From Klebsormidium nitens (lineage: Eukaryota; Plantae; Klebsormidiophyceae), in the NCBI GenBank assembly GCA_000708835.1, contig DF237001.1:62001-126000 (forward strand): a stretch of DNA of 64,000 nucleotides. The letters are read 5' to 3'. The stretch's first letter is position 1; every line of letters begins with the position of its first letter. The translations under genes were made by a program, and so were the position numbers. This document shows positions 49,001-60,531 of this stretch, in pieces. The notes below the pieces were generated by a model. That model was not told the DNA's origin and did no database searches. It saw only the letters and a list, made by a program, of their open reading frames with translations.

Positions 49001-49637
49001 TTTCAGCTTGGAAGGGGCGGTTTTTATTGTTGTCCGTGTGCCTGTCAGCTGCCGCACTAGAACGGAGAGAATGACATCAGTAAAGACATGGTGAAGCTCT
49101 GACTTTCTTGATCTGCGCCTTTCTTAGAATAGTGCACCGGGAAACGCCATCTGACGTCTCGCGCATTTCAGCAACGGGTCCTCAAGCCTGCGCCTGTACA
49201 ATGAAACATGGACAAGGCAACGGACAACCAGCGACCATTACTTTCCTAATTTGCAGCTGGAGTGCCTCAGCTGCGGCCACACGTTCACCACGCCAGAGGC
49301 GGACATCGTCAAAGTGACAGCAGGACCGGTAGACCCCCTAAAACACGAAAAGGACGCACCGTCCGCCAGCATGAAGTTCTCAAACGTCGAAGCCCAGATG
49401 GAGGCCCAAGAGGAGCTTCTGGGGGGGTACCGTGAGGAGCGGATTCACCCCCCCGGGGCGGCGGTGTTACCAGAGGAGGTGGCCGGGGGGCAGGGGAGGA
49501 GAGCGGCGGAAATGGGCAGTGGGGGGAGTGCTTTCAAGGAGTCAAACGCGCTGAAAAATCCAGCGGATACGGAACTGGGGGGCCCGCAGGCAGGGGGTAG
49601 ATTGGGGCAGGCCGCGGTGCATTCGTCGGGCACTTAA
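43040..49637 (+). CDS. AIPP3: BAH + TFIIS-central + zinc-ribbon protein (AIPP3-like chromatin reader); 10 exons: 43040-43288, 43659-43783, 44403-44517, 45048-45139, 45699-45825, 46483-46619, 47511-47682, 48338-48487, 48880-48966, 49257-49637
   Basis: BAH: PYFALIKDIW...IQWFYRPDEA...NELFYSFHMDDVPAGSV. TFIIS_M: LTGDTARDK...LEQAAF...YSALLRHLKFNLK...LRRRFFAGEL..MDPNELKEG. Zn ribbon: CSLCGKRQVGVKDII..YQLECLSCG. All junctions are phase-consistent. Orthology is from recalled similarity to Arabidopsis At4g11560. Confidence 0.85.
43514..43556. repeat. (TGCTTC)7 intronic microsatellite
   Basis: Direct reading of the sequence. Confidence 0.95.
47252..47825 (+). repeat. Intronic copies of both edges of AIPP3-like exon 7
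   Basis: Acceptor+exon-start copies lie at 47252-47296 (42/45 identical to the real 47488-47532) and 47361-47401. A copy of the exon 3' half plus donor lies at 47739-47825. Confidence 0.9.
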
Positions 49638-50443
49638 GGAAGCGGTTGGTGGAGACTGGTCGTAAAAGTCAGGTCTGCTTCTGCAATAAAGTGTCAAAGA
49701 AGGGGGGGGACTTACGCTTCCGGCGACACTGCTCCCAGCAAGTATGGAGAGCTTGCACACTTAATAACACTTAATGGCTGCTAGAAAGGAAGCGGGTTCC
49801 TCGCAAAAAGTCAGACATGGAGCAGTTTCGATGCCTTGATTGTGGATCAGCAAATTTGGGGACTAGCCTGTGAGCACTGATCTTCAATGCTCGATTACCT
49901 CTGAATAAGCTGAAGTTTCCGCATTCGTGCACCGTAATCCTGGTGAAACTCGGTTCGCCAATTCTGGCGCAGAGCGTATGGCTCATTCAGTACGTGTGTA
50001 TACAGAATTGCAATCCCAGCCACGGTGCTGTCATGTCGGCATGCGCGTCCAATCCGCATGCATATCGGCTTTATTAATAGCTGAGAATTCATCGACTGGC
50101 ATGTGCACAATGGGACATGCCGCACGCGTATGCTATCCAGAGATTGCTGCAATGCAACGCGTCGACTGACAATTGATGTGGGCGACAAGGCGCGGCAGAT
50201 ATATTTAGCCGCCCATTCCGAAACCGCTCGATCAGGCTGCCCACTTCGTGCAGCGGCCCGGCCTAACCCGACTGTCATCTAAGTTCCGATCACAATCCGA
50301 CATTGACGGCATCGTCGCAAAGTGATTGCTATAGCTCTCTGATATGTCATGCACCAGACCTTGGGCCAGAAACAAACATCCAAATCAGCCAAGCACCTTT
50401 TAAGGATTCGCCCTATGTACAACTCAAATCGTATGCCACGTTC

Positions 50444-52757
50444 TTATTTCTTTTTTTGCGGCCTGTTTATCTCGTCTAAATCTTCTTTTGTAACATTGTG
50501 CTTTTCTTGCAGCTTGGTCAATTCTTCGTCCTTCTTTTTCTGCAGCAAAGACAAGTCAGGACGCATTAGAAGGCTGACCTCCAATACCCAAGGCAACAAG
50601 GGGAAGGAGTCAACTATCAACAGATTCTGAATGTAACACGAGTAGAGACACGAGAAAAAAAGGCAGACTTTGCACCCTTCCACAGACTTCGCAAGCAACT
50701 GACACCCAGAACCCAACTGCTCGACGCTCCCCAATCCTTGTAAGCATCTAATGATGCAACACAGGGTGAAACGACCAAAACATTTCGAAAGGTGAGATTC
50801 CAGGGGCCTCACCTGATCGAACTTCTTCCCCATCTTCGTGACGTTATAGTACAGCACTATCAAGTATCTGTTCGCCACGTTGAAACCTGAAAGGTGGTCC
50901 ACAGCTGTCTTAGCGTCATAGATGTCCTCGTAAACGACAAAGGCTGTTCCCCTGGTGTCCTTGGCAGTGCCTCTGCAAAACAAAAACAAAATCAACCCAG
51001 AATGTCAGATGGTGATGCGGGGTGAGGTTTTGAAAAGAGAAGGGCTACCGTCTTGGACGGCTTCAGTAACGCGGCTAAGGGGGCCTCTTTCCAGGCAATC
51101 TCAAGGCGCTTCATGAAAGTAAAAAGGCGAGAAAACTCGGGACCAGACCACTATGATTTGTAGATCGACAGACGCTTATCCAAGATTCTCGCAAAAGACC
51201 ATGGCATGCTGCAAGAAGCCAAACCCAATTTCCTGGCGTCTCTTTGGTCCTCACAACCTCAAGCGCACATTCGCTCATCCCCACACTAAGTTGCAGATGC
51301 GTTTATCACACGAGAAGTGAAATTACATCTATGAACCACGATGAAGAAGCAGGAACCATAGTCCCATGGCGACTAGTCATCCACTTAGGCAGGGCCAGAT
51401 CTTTGTCTGCTGACATCCGCCACCAAGTAGTGAATAAACACAACAGAATGCTCATCAGCGAAGTCCAGACTTTTTCCAGAAAGCACAACAGGACGCCCTG
51501 ACTATCAAGAAGATGTCTGAAAAAGCCTCAGAGAGGGAAGTCCTGTTTGGCAACTTGTATTCCCCAAGGATGCCTCCATCTTCACACCTCTTGTGGGTTA
51601 TGATTACCAAGCATGAGCTTGACTTCGAAGGCCCCAATGCGTCGCTGATCGCCTTAATGCCCGTCCTTCACAAGACCCTATTTTAATCCGAACTTGTCCG
51701 AGGCCGATGCAAGACTGTCGGCATCTTGATCTCGCCAAGAAACATGAACTCCCTGCTGGAGGATTGGTCACATCAAACTACATGCCAAAGAACGAACGGC
51801 TGTCCTGCTCTTATGATAAGTTGCCAGTGCGGCAATTCTCGAGATCCGCAAAGAGCACTCCCCTTGCAAAGCACTCTGCTTTCACCATCAAACAAATACG
51901 ATGGACATCAGAGGTCCATAGGGGAAGACAACTCACACTCGTATTTGCCGAATCGCCCCAAACTTTCCGAAGATGTCGTACATCTCATCGGCCGTGATAT
52001 TGAACGGTAGGTTCCTGCAGACAATGACAAAGCCTATCAGGATAGTGCAGACAAGACATCCATAGTTGGTCAGGAAGGGGAAAAGAACCGACGCGAAATC
52101 TTCCAGCAAAACATTCTGGACGCGCGCACTTAAGGCCCTCGAGGGCACTTAAAAGCACCAAGTGGTGCTCGAGAAAACAGCTCTAACACTATCCTGATTT
52201 GTTTTCATTGCACGTACCCACTCAAGTGCTTGCGCCCAACCAGACACACCCTTGTGCTGAACCTTGTGTGGTTCCGACCAAAAATCCACCAGACCAAACT
52301 CCAGGAAGGGGCAAACAGTACCCAAGCTGAGAATCATTGGCTTCCGGATGGCTACCATTTTCTGGCATGAAATCAGTCCGCACCACCCCATCAAACATAT
52401 CTTGGGACCTGTACCAGCAATCTGACAACCTCTACAGCATGATAACACTGCTGAGACGATATTCCTTACCTCACATAGAGAATCCTGTTCACCTCCGGGG
52501 GTAATCGGGCCTGCACACACGAGGCCAATGAAAAGTTTCAAATGCTAATCGGAGAGCAAGCATTACACATCACTATGCCCAAGAAGAAACAGTGAGGTCC
52601 ACAGCAATTTGATAGGTATGCATCGACGCAGTATCCATAAGAGGCAAGTAGCAATCAAGCAGAACAAAATGGTCAGCGGGTAGATGTCCAAGCTCAACAA
52701 GCGTAAAATGGGGTGGTGGTTGCTCACGTTACTCCGACGCCCTGCCGCCATCGCCAT
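50444..52757 (-). CDS. SF3B6: Splicing factor 3B subunit 6 (p14, branch-site RRM protein); exons 52728-52757, 52470-52510, 51937-52014, 50813-50972, 50444-50539
   Basis: The spliced product is [92 protein letters not shown]..., near-identical to the p14 consensus. Confidence 0.97.
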
Positions 52758-54656
52758 CTTTGGCAGAACTTATGAACCTTCTTTTTGCTTTCACGTGGAG
52801 AAAGGGTCGGTTAACCAATATAGATCCAGATGACCGCCTGATACCACAAGTTTCTAATTGGAGCGGTTGAAAGCAGCGACCAGCCTGATTTTCCAGAAAC
52901 AACAGAGATGAAGATGGACAGACTATATTGAAAACAGCAGGAGAGCTCTAAGCACCAAAGAAGGACTGGGCGCTGGCTTGCCAAAATCCAAAGCGTTGTC
53001 CTGGTTCCTTGTGCGCTAGCTAGCTTGTGGTGAGCTGGCGGGCCTTTCAATACTGATGGATGTTTTGTGCCATGTCTATATGGTATAAGCTGTCGCTCGT
53101 CGTGACTCTGCCAAAACGAGCCCTATTTTTTCGAACATCAATGTGCCAGAGCTTTCGATAGTCGAAGATCTCTTAGGCTAAATAAACCTGTTATAGGCTC
53201 GACAACATTGATATCTAATCAAACTTGCAAGCATAAGTAGAGAATCTAACGTTATAAGTCACTGAAATCATGAGAAATCTGCATTGCATATTTTAGCACG
53301 CAACTTTTCTGGTGGACAACACTAGCCTCAGCCTCATGGGAGCTCAGGACTCTCAGAGCATGGCGGGGCAAGTCAAGGCAAATGGATGGCGGGTGCTCGG
53401 TCAGAACTTTACATACAACCATAGTTGCAAAATTGACATCACCAACTGTGAGGAGGTGGTGCAACTAAAGTGCTGAAGTCCACCGTCTCGTCTTTCCTTC
53501 AACGAAGTTGGTTGAAGAACGCTGTAGCTGACGCGCATAAGGTATCCGCTTGATTGCTCATGCTGAGCACTTTCTGACACTGGGTGCCAGCTTGAAGGTG
53601 GCGTCCTTCTAGTGATGTCCGCCCGTGGAAGCATCCAGCTTGGTGGTGTAAAGACCAGATGCCCTAGTTGCCTTGCTCAAAAACGCACTTTCTGGGGCCT
53701 TTCAGATAACGCGCCCCACAGGATCCTGGCAGCACTGCCCTCTAGAAGCTGCAATCATCTCCAGATAGTTGCGGTTCGGAAGAGTCTTGCCTTTGAGCAC
53801 CATTTGAGGGGAGTCTCATTGGTCTCCCCAACTTGTCGGCCAATCATTGTCCTGAATCCAAGAGCGGTGACAGCGCAAAAGCAGCAGGCGGGTCATGCAT
53901 TCCCCGCTCTGAAGGGGCTTGAAATTCAGACGCAGGGGGATGCCGCGCGGTTGACTGATCTCATGCTGACCAATCCTGGGGTGCCATGTGGCGCCTGGGC
54001 AGCTTCTCAGCAATGGCGGGACATCCTGCAACTCCCAAACAAGTAGGCGATTGTCTTTTGGTGCACATGACTGGTGCTTTAGTGGTTGTTCCTGATGTCT
54101 TTGAGGATCTTTTTGTTTCACTGTCTGCCCCCACTATAAGGCTTGCCAGGCGCTGTCCAAAAGAGAGTTCCATCGTACAGCAAGAGAGTCAGAAGAGGAT
54201 CATCATCTTCCCAAGACATCAAGTCGAACATGATATCCATTCCTAAATGATTTGGCAATTGAGGGAAGGGAGCACCGAGTCAGCATGTCCTTCCTTTCAA
54301 GCGCAGCTCTCCCTGCAAAGTTTCAAGCTGTCGGCTATGACTGGAAGCAAAGCACTGTATGGTGCACTTGGTCCTCAATTCCGTATTCTGCTGACAGGGC
54401 TGTACCATGATGTGGTCATGGCAATCTGGCTGGACAATTGTGTTTCTGAACGGTATAGATCTGCCCCTGCCTGGTCTTGGGGCTCCCAATTTTCATGTAC
54501 TGGCTGTATGTGACTGGAAAATTTTCATCCAAGCCCCTTTTAATCCCAGTAAAGCTAACAAATCAGTACTTTCAGCTTTCAAGTAGGTTGTTGCTCTGGA
54601 CCAACAGTACATCAGGTGGTCCTCAATGATTTTCCCTTCTCTTTTTCTCCTGACAG

Positions 54657-57600
54657 GAACATTCGTGACTTGGCTTCCGTCATCGCCTGCCCTCGCCTGC
54701 TCGAAACATCGGTCGAGGTGAGCCCCGCCAAAAAATAAAAGAAAATCTCAAAAGTTATCTAGCCTCCACTAGCTGAAAGCGACTTCTTTGAAACGTGCTT
54801 CGCCCCCAGTCCTTCTGACAGAGAGTGTTTAACGATTCTGGATCTGAAAGAGTTCGGTCCTCTTGCCGACTTCGGACGTTGAGCTGCAACTGTGGGCCTC
54901 TGAGGAAGAGTGAAGTCTATTTTCTATAAGAACACATTTGATTATTGTCCAGACGGTCATGATGTTGCGTCAAGCGTCCAGAGATTGTAACAAAAAGTGC
55001 TCAAAGAACCTCCCTAAATTCTTGATACCGAAGTCAGTCATAGGATCTGGCCTCTTCCAGCGCACCGGTTTACAGACTACTTGATTCATTCGTGGCGACT
55101 ATGGTTTCCCGCATGTAGCTGGCCTAGCGATCCATCAAAGAGATGCTACAAAACTTTTGGCTTACCTTGGCGAGCAACTAATCACGACAATTTGTGTCAA
55201 GACCCAAGGAGAACCAGTCTCTTGATCAAATTTTTCTCAGAATTTCTGTCGTTTCTTATCCCCCACTTTTTCTTCACGAGCATTTGATGGGGTAATCTGC
55301 TGAATCTAGATTGGCCAATGTACCCATCCTCTTTGACCCCTCATTTGTGCTTGAAACAGCTGCCCCTGGTTTCGGACGACGTCTTTGGCGCGGAGGGCGG
55401 ACCTTGGGAGGACAGTCTCCACTGGCTGCGTTCGCTAGATTCTAAAGAGGTGGACGCATGGTTTGCAACCAAGCGGCGGACTCGACTAGGTGCGTACTTC
55501 ATGCCTTATTTGAAATTCCAGGTTATACGTGAGTTTTGGGACCACTAGCCCTTTGGCTGGCGCTATCTTGTAAGCGGCAGCGTTTCGAAGCCCCGGTTTG
55601 CCCTCTTCTTCGAAAGCTCTCTTTCAAAACACTCCTTTTCAGAGTGCCACCTGCATTTAAGAATATTGACTGGGTTACCAGCTAGGCTTACAGGACTACG
55701 AGGCGAGATACTTAGAGCAGGCTCGAGCACATGTTTTTGTAGACGCTCGTTGCGTTCCCAGGGGCTTTGCGTTTCAGCTTAATGAGCTCCTTTTCTTTGT
55801 GCTAGAGAGTGATTGTCAGCAAAACCTCAATTGACAAAAATCCACTCGAGAACGGTTCACCTTTTCGACCCGAGTTCAGACAGTACGGCCAGCGATTGGA
55901 AAGTCTGGTCGTCGGTATGGCTTTAAGAAAGAACCTCGCCCTGTAGGGGTGCGCCCACCTTCCTCCCTGCTTGGAAAGAGAAACCAAAAACAAAAAAGAA
56001 AAGAAAAGATCGGAAAGCCTTTGGAACAGATACGTCTTTGAAAATTACCAATTTCTTTTGCAGGCTACCACTTTGCCGACTGTGTCGAGTACCTCCTCCG
56101 CTTCAGCCCCGCCTTCCACCCTCCCGGCCTGCACGTGTCCCAGCAGGTCTTTCAGAGACAAGTTCGTGACGTCACCCTCGCTCAAGCCAATGACATCACC
56201 CTCGACCGAGCCCCCGACATCGCTTCCGGCCGGAGAGGGGCCCCTTTTTTGCCTGATGAGTCTGTCAGGGCCCGCAAAGCCGGAAGAATATTCACACCCG
56301 GCGGCAAGGACGGGTTAAGCGCGGGTGAGAACGGGGAGCCGATCAAAGAAGAAGAGTGTGTTGACACCGGGAACTTGTTTGGCAGTCCAAACGAGGGCTT
56401 GGATGGGGCTTTGAGGGGTTCGTATTCACACACGAGACGTACGGAAAATGGGGGACTGGGAGCGCAAAGTGGGGGGGAGGACAACTCGGAAGATGATTGG
56501 AAAGGGGTCGGTGTCAGTGATTCTTATGCAGAGAGCGCAAGCCGGGACGAAGACGTCGAGACCGGACAGGAGAAAAGGCTTTTCGGGTTTGGAAGGCGGT
56601 TAGCTGAGGCAGAGATGGCCGTAACGAGAGACATGGGGTTGGGGGAAAACGAGACAGAACCTGGACAGGGGGCCGCGAGAGCGGACGGTTGCAAACGGAA
56701 CGAGGAGGGGGCGGAACCGGGAGAACGCAGCGGAAATGTGTTGCCGGCGGGGCGGCGAAAAAGTAAACGGCAGCAGCGCAAAGCCACCAAGCAGACGGGC
56801 AAAACGATCACGGTCGGAGAGTTCGACATTCTCTTCCTTCAGGGTGCGGCGCGCGTGAGCCGGCAAGAGCTCGGGACGGTTTCTACCGGGGCGTCGCAGG
56901 ACGTGACGTTAGATGACGTGAGGCCGCTGAAGGGATCCCCCGGGCACCTGGAGGGATCCCCCGGGCGGTTACGGGCTGGTGACGCGGGTGCCGGTGTGGT
57001 CGGGGTGGAGCATTGGGAGCTCTCGGTGAAGTTTCTGCTATACGTTGGGCCGGAGGCAAAGCTGTTCGAAAATGGGGGGAGACTGGGAAGCCGTCGGTCG
57101 GTGGACAAAAAAGGTGGTCAACCTAGTTGTGATGCCGAGAGCCAAGGTTTTGGGGCAGTGAAGGCCGCAAAAGAGGACGGAACGAGACTGGCGACAGGAG
57201 GGAAATGTGGCGGCGACCTCAATCGGGAAAGGGCTGGATGTGCCGAAGGTGACGTGAGCGCAGAGAGAGCTGACGTCAGCAGTGATGGCGCTGACGTCAG
57301 CAAAAATGCCGCCAGGAGCGAAGAAGAAGATCTGCTGTATTACTTCGTGGGGCCCCATGCGGGGGAGCGGCTTTCGGACCGGAGGGACCGCATCGCGAAG
57401 CAGCTGCGCCTGTCCAACGAACCTGAGGCAAAGCTGGTGCTAGCGGACCTGTTTCTGGGAGTGTCCGAAGCGAACGGTGGAGCGTCTGCTACGCACGGCG
57501 GAGCGGCCGAAACGAATGGACGGGCGTCCGAATCGAACGGTGGAGCGGTTAAAACAAACAGTGGGGCGTCTAAGTTATACGGTGGAGCGTCCAGGTTGAA

Positions 57601-59828
57601 CGGACGGGCGTACGGAGTGGAGAGTCCGGCTTCCAGAGCGGACGGTGGAGCGTCAGGATTGGACGGTTGCAGTAAAGTTGACGATTGCAGCAAGGCGTTC
57701 CGATCCACTGGTAGAGCGTCCGAATGCAACGGTCGCGCGTCTGCTTCGGACGGTCGAGCCTCAGCGTTGAACAGTCAAACGTCCGAAATGGACAATAGTT
57801 TGCTTGGAGACATTGACACTAGCGTGGGCGAGTTGAATGTGAGCGAGTCTTGGGAGAACGCCTGTGTTAGAGCAGCCGAGGGGCTGAGGAAAGGTGCCCG
57901 ATCAAGACCAAGCTCCGTTTCAGCGGATGTGCCTTGTTCTGAGGCTGTCAGCGGAACAAGAGAAGCGGATGTAGCAACTAGACCGGAAGATGAAGCGAGC
58001 CGTCGAGGCTCAGCCCCTGTCGCGGTCACGCCGCGCGCATTTGTCAAGGGTTACCTGTTCTACGAGCACGCGCTTTGGAAACGCCTCGTCGGTCGTGGTT
58101 CATTGGAACCCAATTTAGAAGACTCGGACGTCGTTGGAAAGACTACGGACGATTCGAAGCCGTCGGACAGTCCAAACCGTGCTTGCTCAGATTTTCCTCG
58201 GGCCCATTTTGATACTGTGGAAGGGGCCGAGCGTTCGGGTGTTACCTCGAGCGAAGCAGCGGGTAGAGTCCTTCCGTCCGCTGCTGTCAGAGGGTCCGCT
58301 AATGGCGGTTTGAGCGGGTCGGACGGTGCCACGTCAGCTCCCGCGTCCATCTTGGTCGAGGCAAAGGGCGACACGTCAGCTTCTACATCCGGCGATAGCG
58401 GCGTCGGTTCGGAGGCTGACTTTGTAACCGGGGGAGGAGTCCCGGGGGACAATGACAGGGTGGCGGAGAGAGCGGAGTTGAACCCGGGGCATTGGGTCGG
58501 GTGGTGGACGCGCGACGTCCGGAAGTTTTTGGGGGATCCCTCGTTCCGGGAGAGCCGTTGGTACATCATCCCCAAGATGGAGTGGCTATCCCCTGTCGTC
58601 ATCAGGCCGTCTGCCGAGGTGGGCTCCTATTTCTGTTTCTTTCAAGTCCCCTGACGCTTCTGATAACACGGGTCTTCCTGCAAGAGGCAAGGAAACCGCT
58701 TCGTGGGTAGGAGTGATCGTTATGCTGGAATACAAGATTCTGGGGAACTCGAAACTCCGTTATGCTGATGAATCGAATCATAGAGAGTCTTCTTGCGAAA
58801 GCATCCTAAGGAGCGGCCTTCCTGTGGATCGCGTCGGAGGTCTGTGCTCATTAGCGCTTTTGATGCTTTAAGCTGCCGTACGCCCCGCCGTCAGATTGCT
58901 TGGACCGCCCTTTGTTTCGGCACGGGTCCAGTAGCAAATTGGCAGCTGTCGTGCGGGCACTCGACCTAATTGGTCGGCTGCAAATCCCACCGATCATGTT
59001 GTGAAGTTTGTGAAAAAAACTGTCGACGCTCACACAATCCATACGGCGCTGGCACCGCTTGGCACTAGTCCAAGCTCAATGTGATCGTTGGGATTCCTTC
59101 CAGAGCCTCATAGCTTCGCTTTTGTACAGCGTTCGTGCCGCCCAAATTCCATCCGACTTCGCCCTCTGAGCGCGCCGAAAAGGCAACCCGTTTACGTAAC
59201 CGCTTCATTTTCGCCTCCTCCTGACTTATCCCATTCCCTCCGTTTCTTATTGCAGCACCTTTTCGAGGACTCGCCTGCCGATCAGACTCCTCGGGAGAAA
59301 CCCTCGGCGAGCGGGCGCCCGCCGTTGTCCAACCGGTGCACGTCCACCGCCCTGACGTCCGAAGAACTGGCAGCCGCTAAGCGTCAAATCAACGGCCAGG
59401 ACGCAAGCTTCGACGGCTCTGCTTTGCCGCTGGAGTCATCACCGGACGCCCCGGTCGCAAGCGGCTCAGCCCGCCCGGGTTTTGACACCGTCTCTCCTGT
59501 TGGCGATCTGGACGCCCTGCGAGCGATTGGCGCAGTGTCAGGCGAACCGACGGCCGGGCCTACGAACGTCGAGAGCGCGTCACGACTGCTGAGCTCAGCA
59601 GAGTTCTTGTTGCAGATAGAAACGCTTCAGGCCGTGGCGGAAAGGTGTAAGGTGCCCCGGAGGGGGCGAGTGCTAGTGGCAGAACTGCGGTGGGAAGGGG
59701 TTGCGTCTGAGGAGGGTAGTGACGTCAGCATTAGGGGGACAGATGGCGCCTGGAGAGAGGTCAGCCGGGGCTTCGTCGTCGAGTCGACGTGGCCCATGAC
59801 TGGAGAGCTACCCATCATGTTCCCCTAA
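54657..59828 (+). CDS. DUF1853 family protein with very large low-complexity insertions; exons 54657-54717, 55360-55489, 56064-58618, 59256-59828; 5' end not found
   Basis: Ordered DUF1853-type blocks: IRDLASVIACP, WLRSLD..RLG.HF, VGEFDILF, HWELSVKFLL, FVGPHAGERL..QLRLS, FVKGYLFY, GWW, WYIIPKMEWLSP, EVSRGFVVESTWP. Introns are phase-consistent. Confidence 0.82.
57467..57783 (+). repeat. Degenerate 21-nt coding repeat, ~15 copies of xx[NDHY]G[GR]AS
   Basis: EANGGAS-ATHGGAA-ETNGRAS-ESNGGAV-KTNSGAS-KLYGGAS-RLNGRAY-GVESPAS-RADGGAS...ECNGRAS-ASDGRAS. Confidence 0.85.
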
Positions 59829-60531
59829 ACCAAAATAGTCGGATGGTGATCCGGGTCTTTAATCCTACTTTGATGGTGATGGCCTCCGTCTGCGCCGGGA
59901 ACGGCAGCGCAGTATCACGTAGTGCAGAATTCAAATGTTAGCGTCGCCCTAGCAACATGGATTCGTGCTCGTCTTGCCGGGTCAGGCTGCATATCGATTT
60001 TGGACGCGCGGTGACTTCAATCCTGTATTCACCTATTGCGCAATCCGACTCGCATGATGTTGAGACTCTAGCTCGTGCCAGACCGTCTCTGATCGACATA
60101 TGCACTGATGTCCGTGCTGTACGTCATGTTGTCCTGTCACCCGTTCAGACAGGCCAAGCCTGGAAGGAGGCCAAGGAAGGACCCATGGCCTATCATGCAA
60201 CCTGACCATACTAACGCGTGTGCAGGCCCATGATTGAACGGGGAAATCTACAATTACGTCGACTGTTTATCTATTGATAGCGTCATGGAGGACGTTAATT
60301 CAGCATACGCATTATATACCACATGGATTTTATTGCTTTTCAAATTCAACCTGCAAAACCGTTGCTCAGCATGCCAGGCTGGCATGCTCAATTGAATATT
60401 ATAAAGTAACCTAGCGTGACCCTAACACGAAACGATTTCACTCCGCGCTTCTCAGAACTGCGATTCCTTTCCACAATTCACAAATCCAATCTTCACAGCG
60501 CTAGCTTCTTCTAGGCACTATCGGGCGAACG

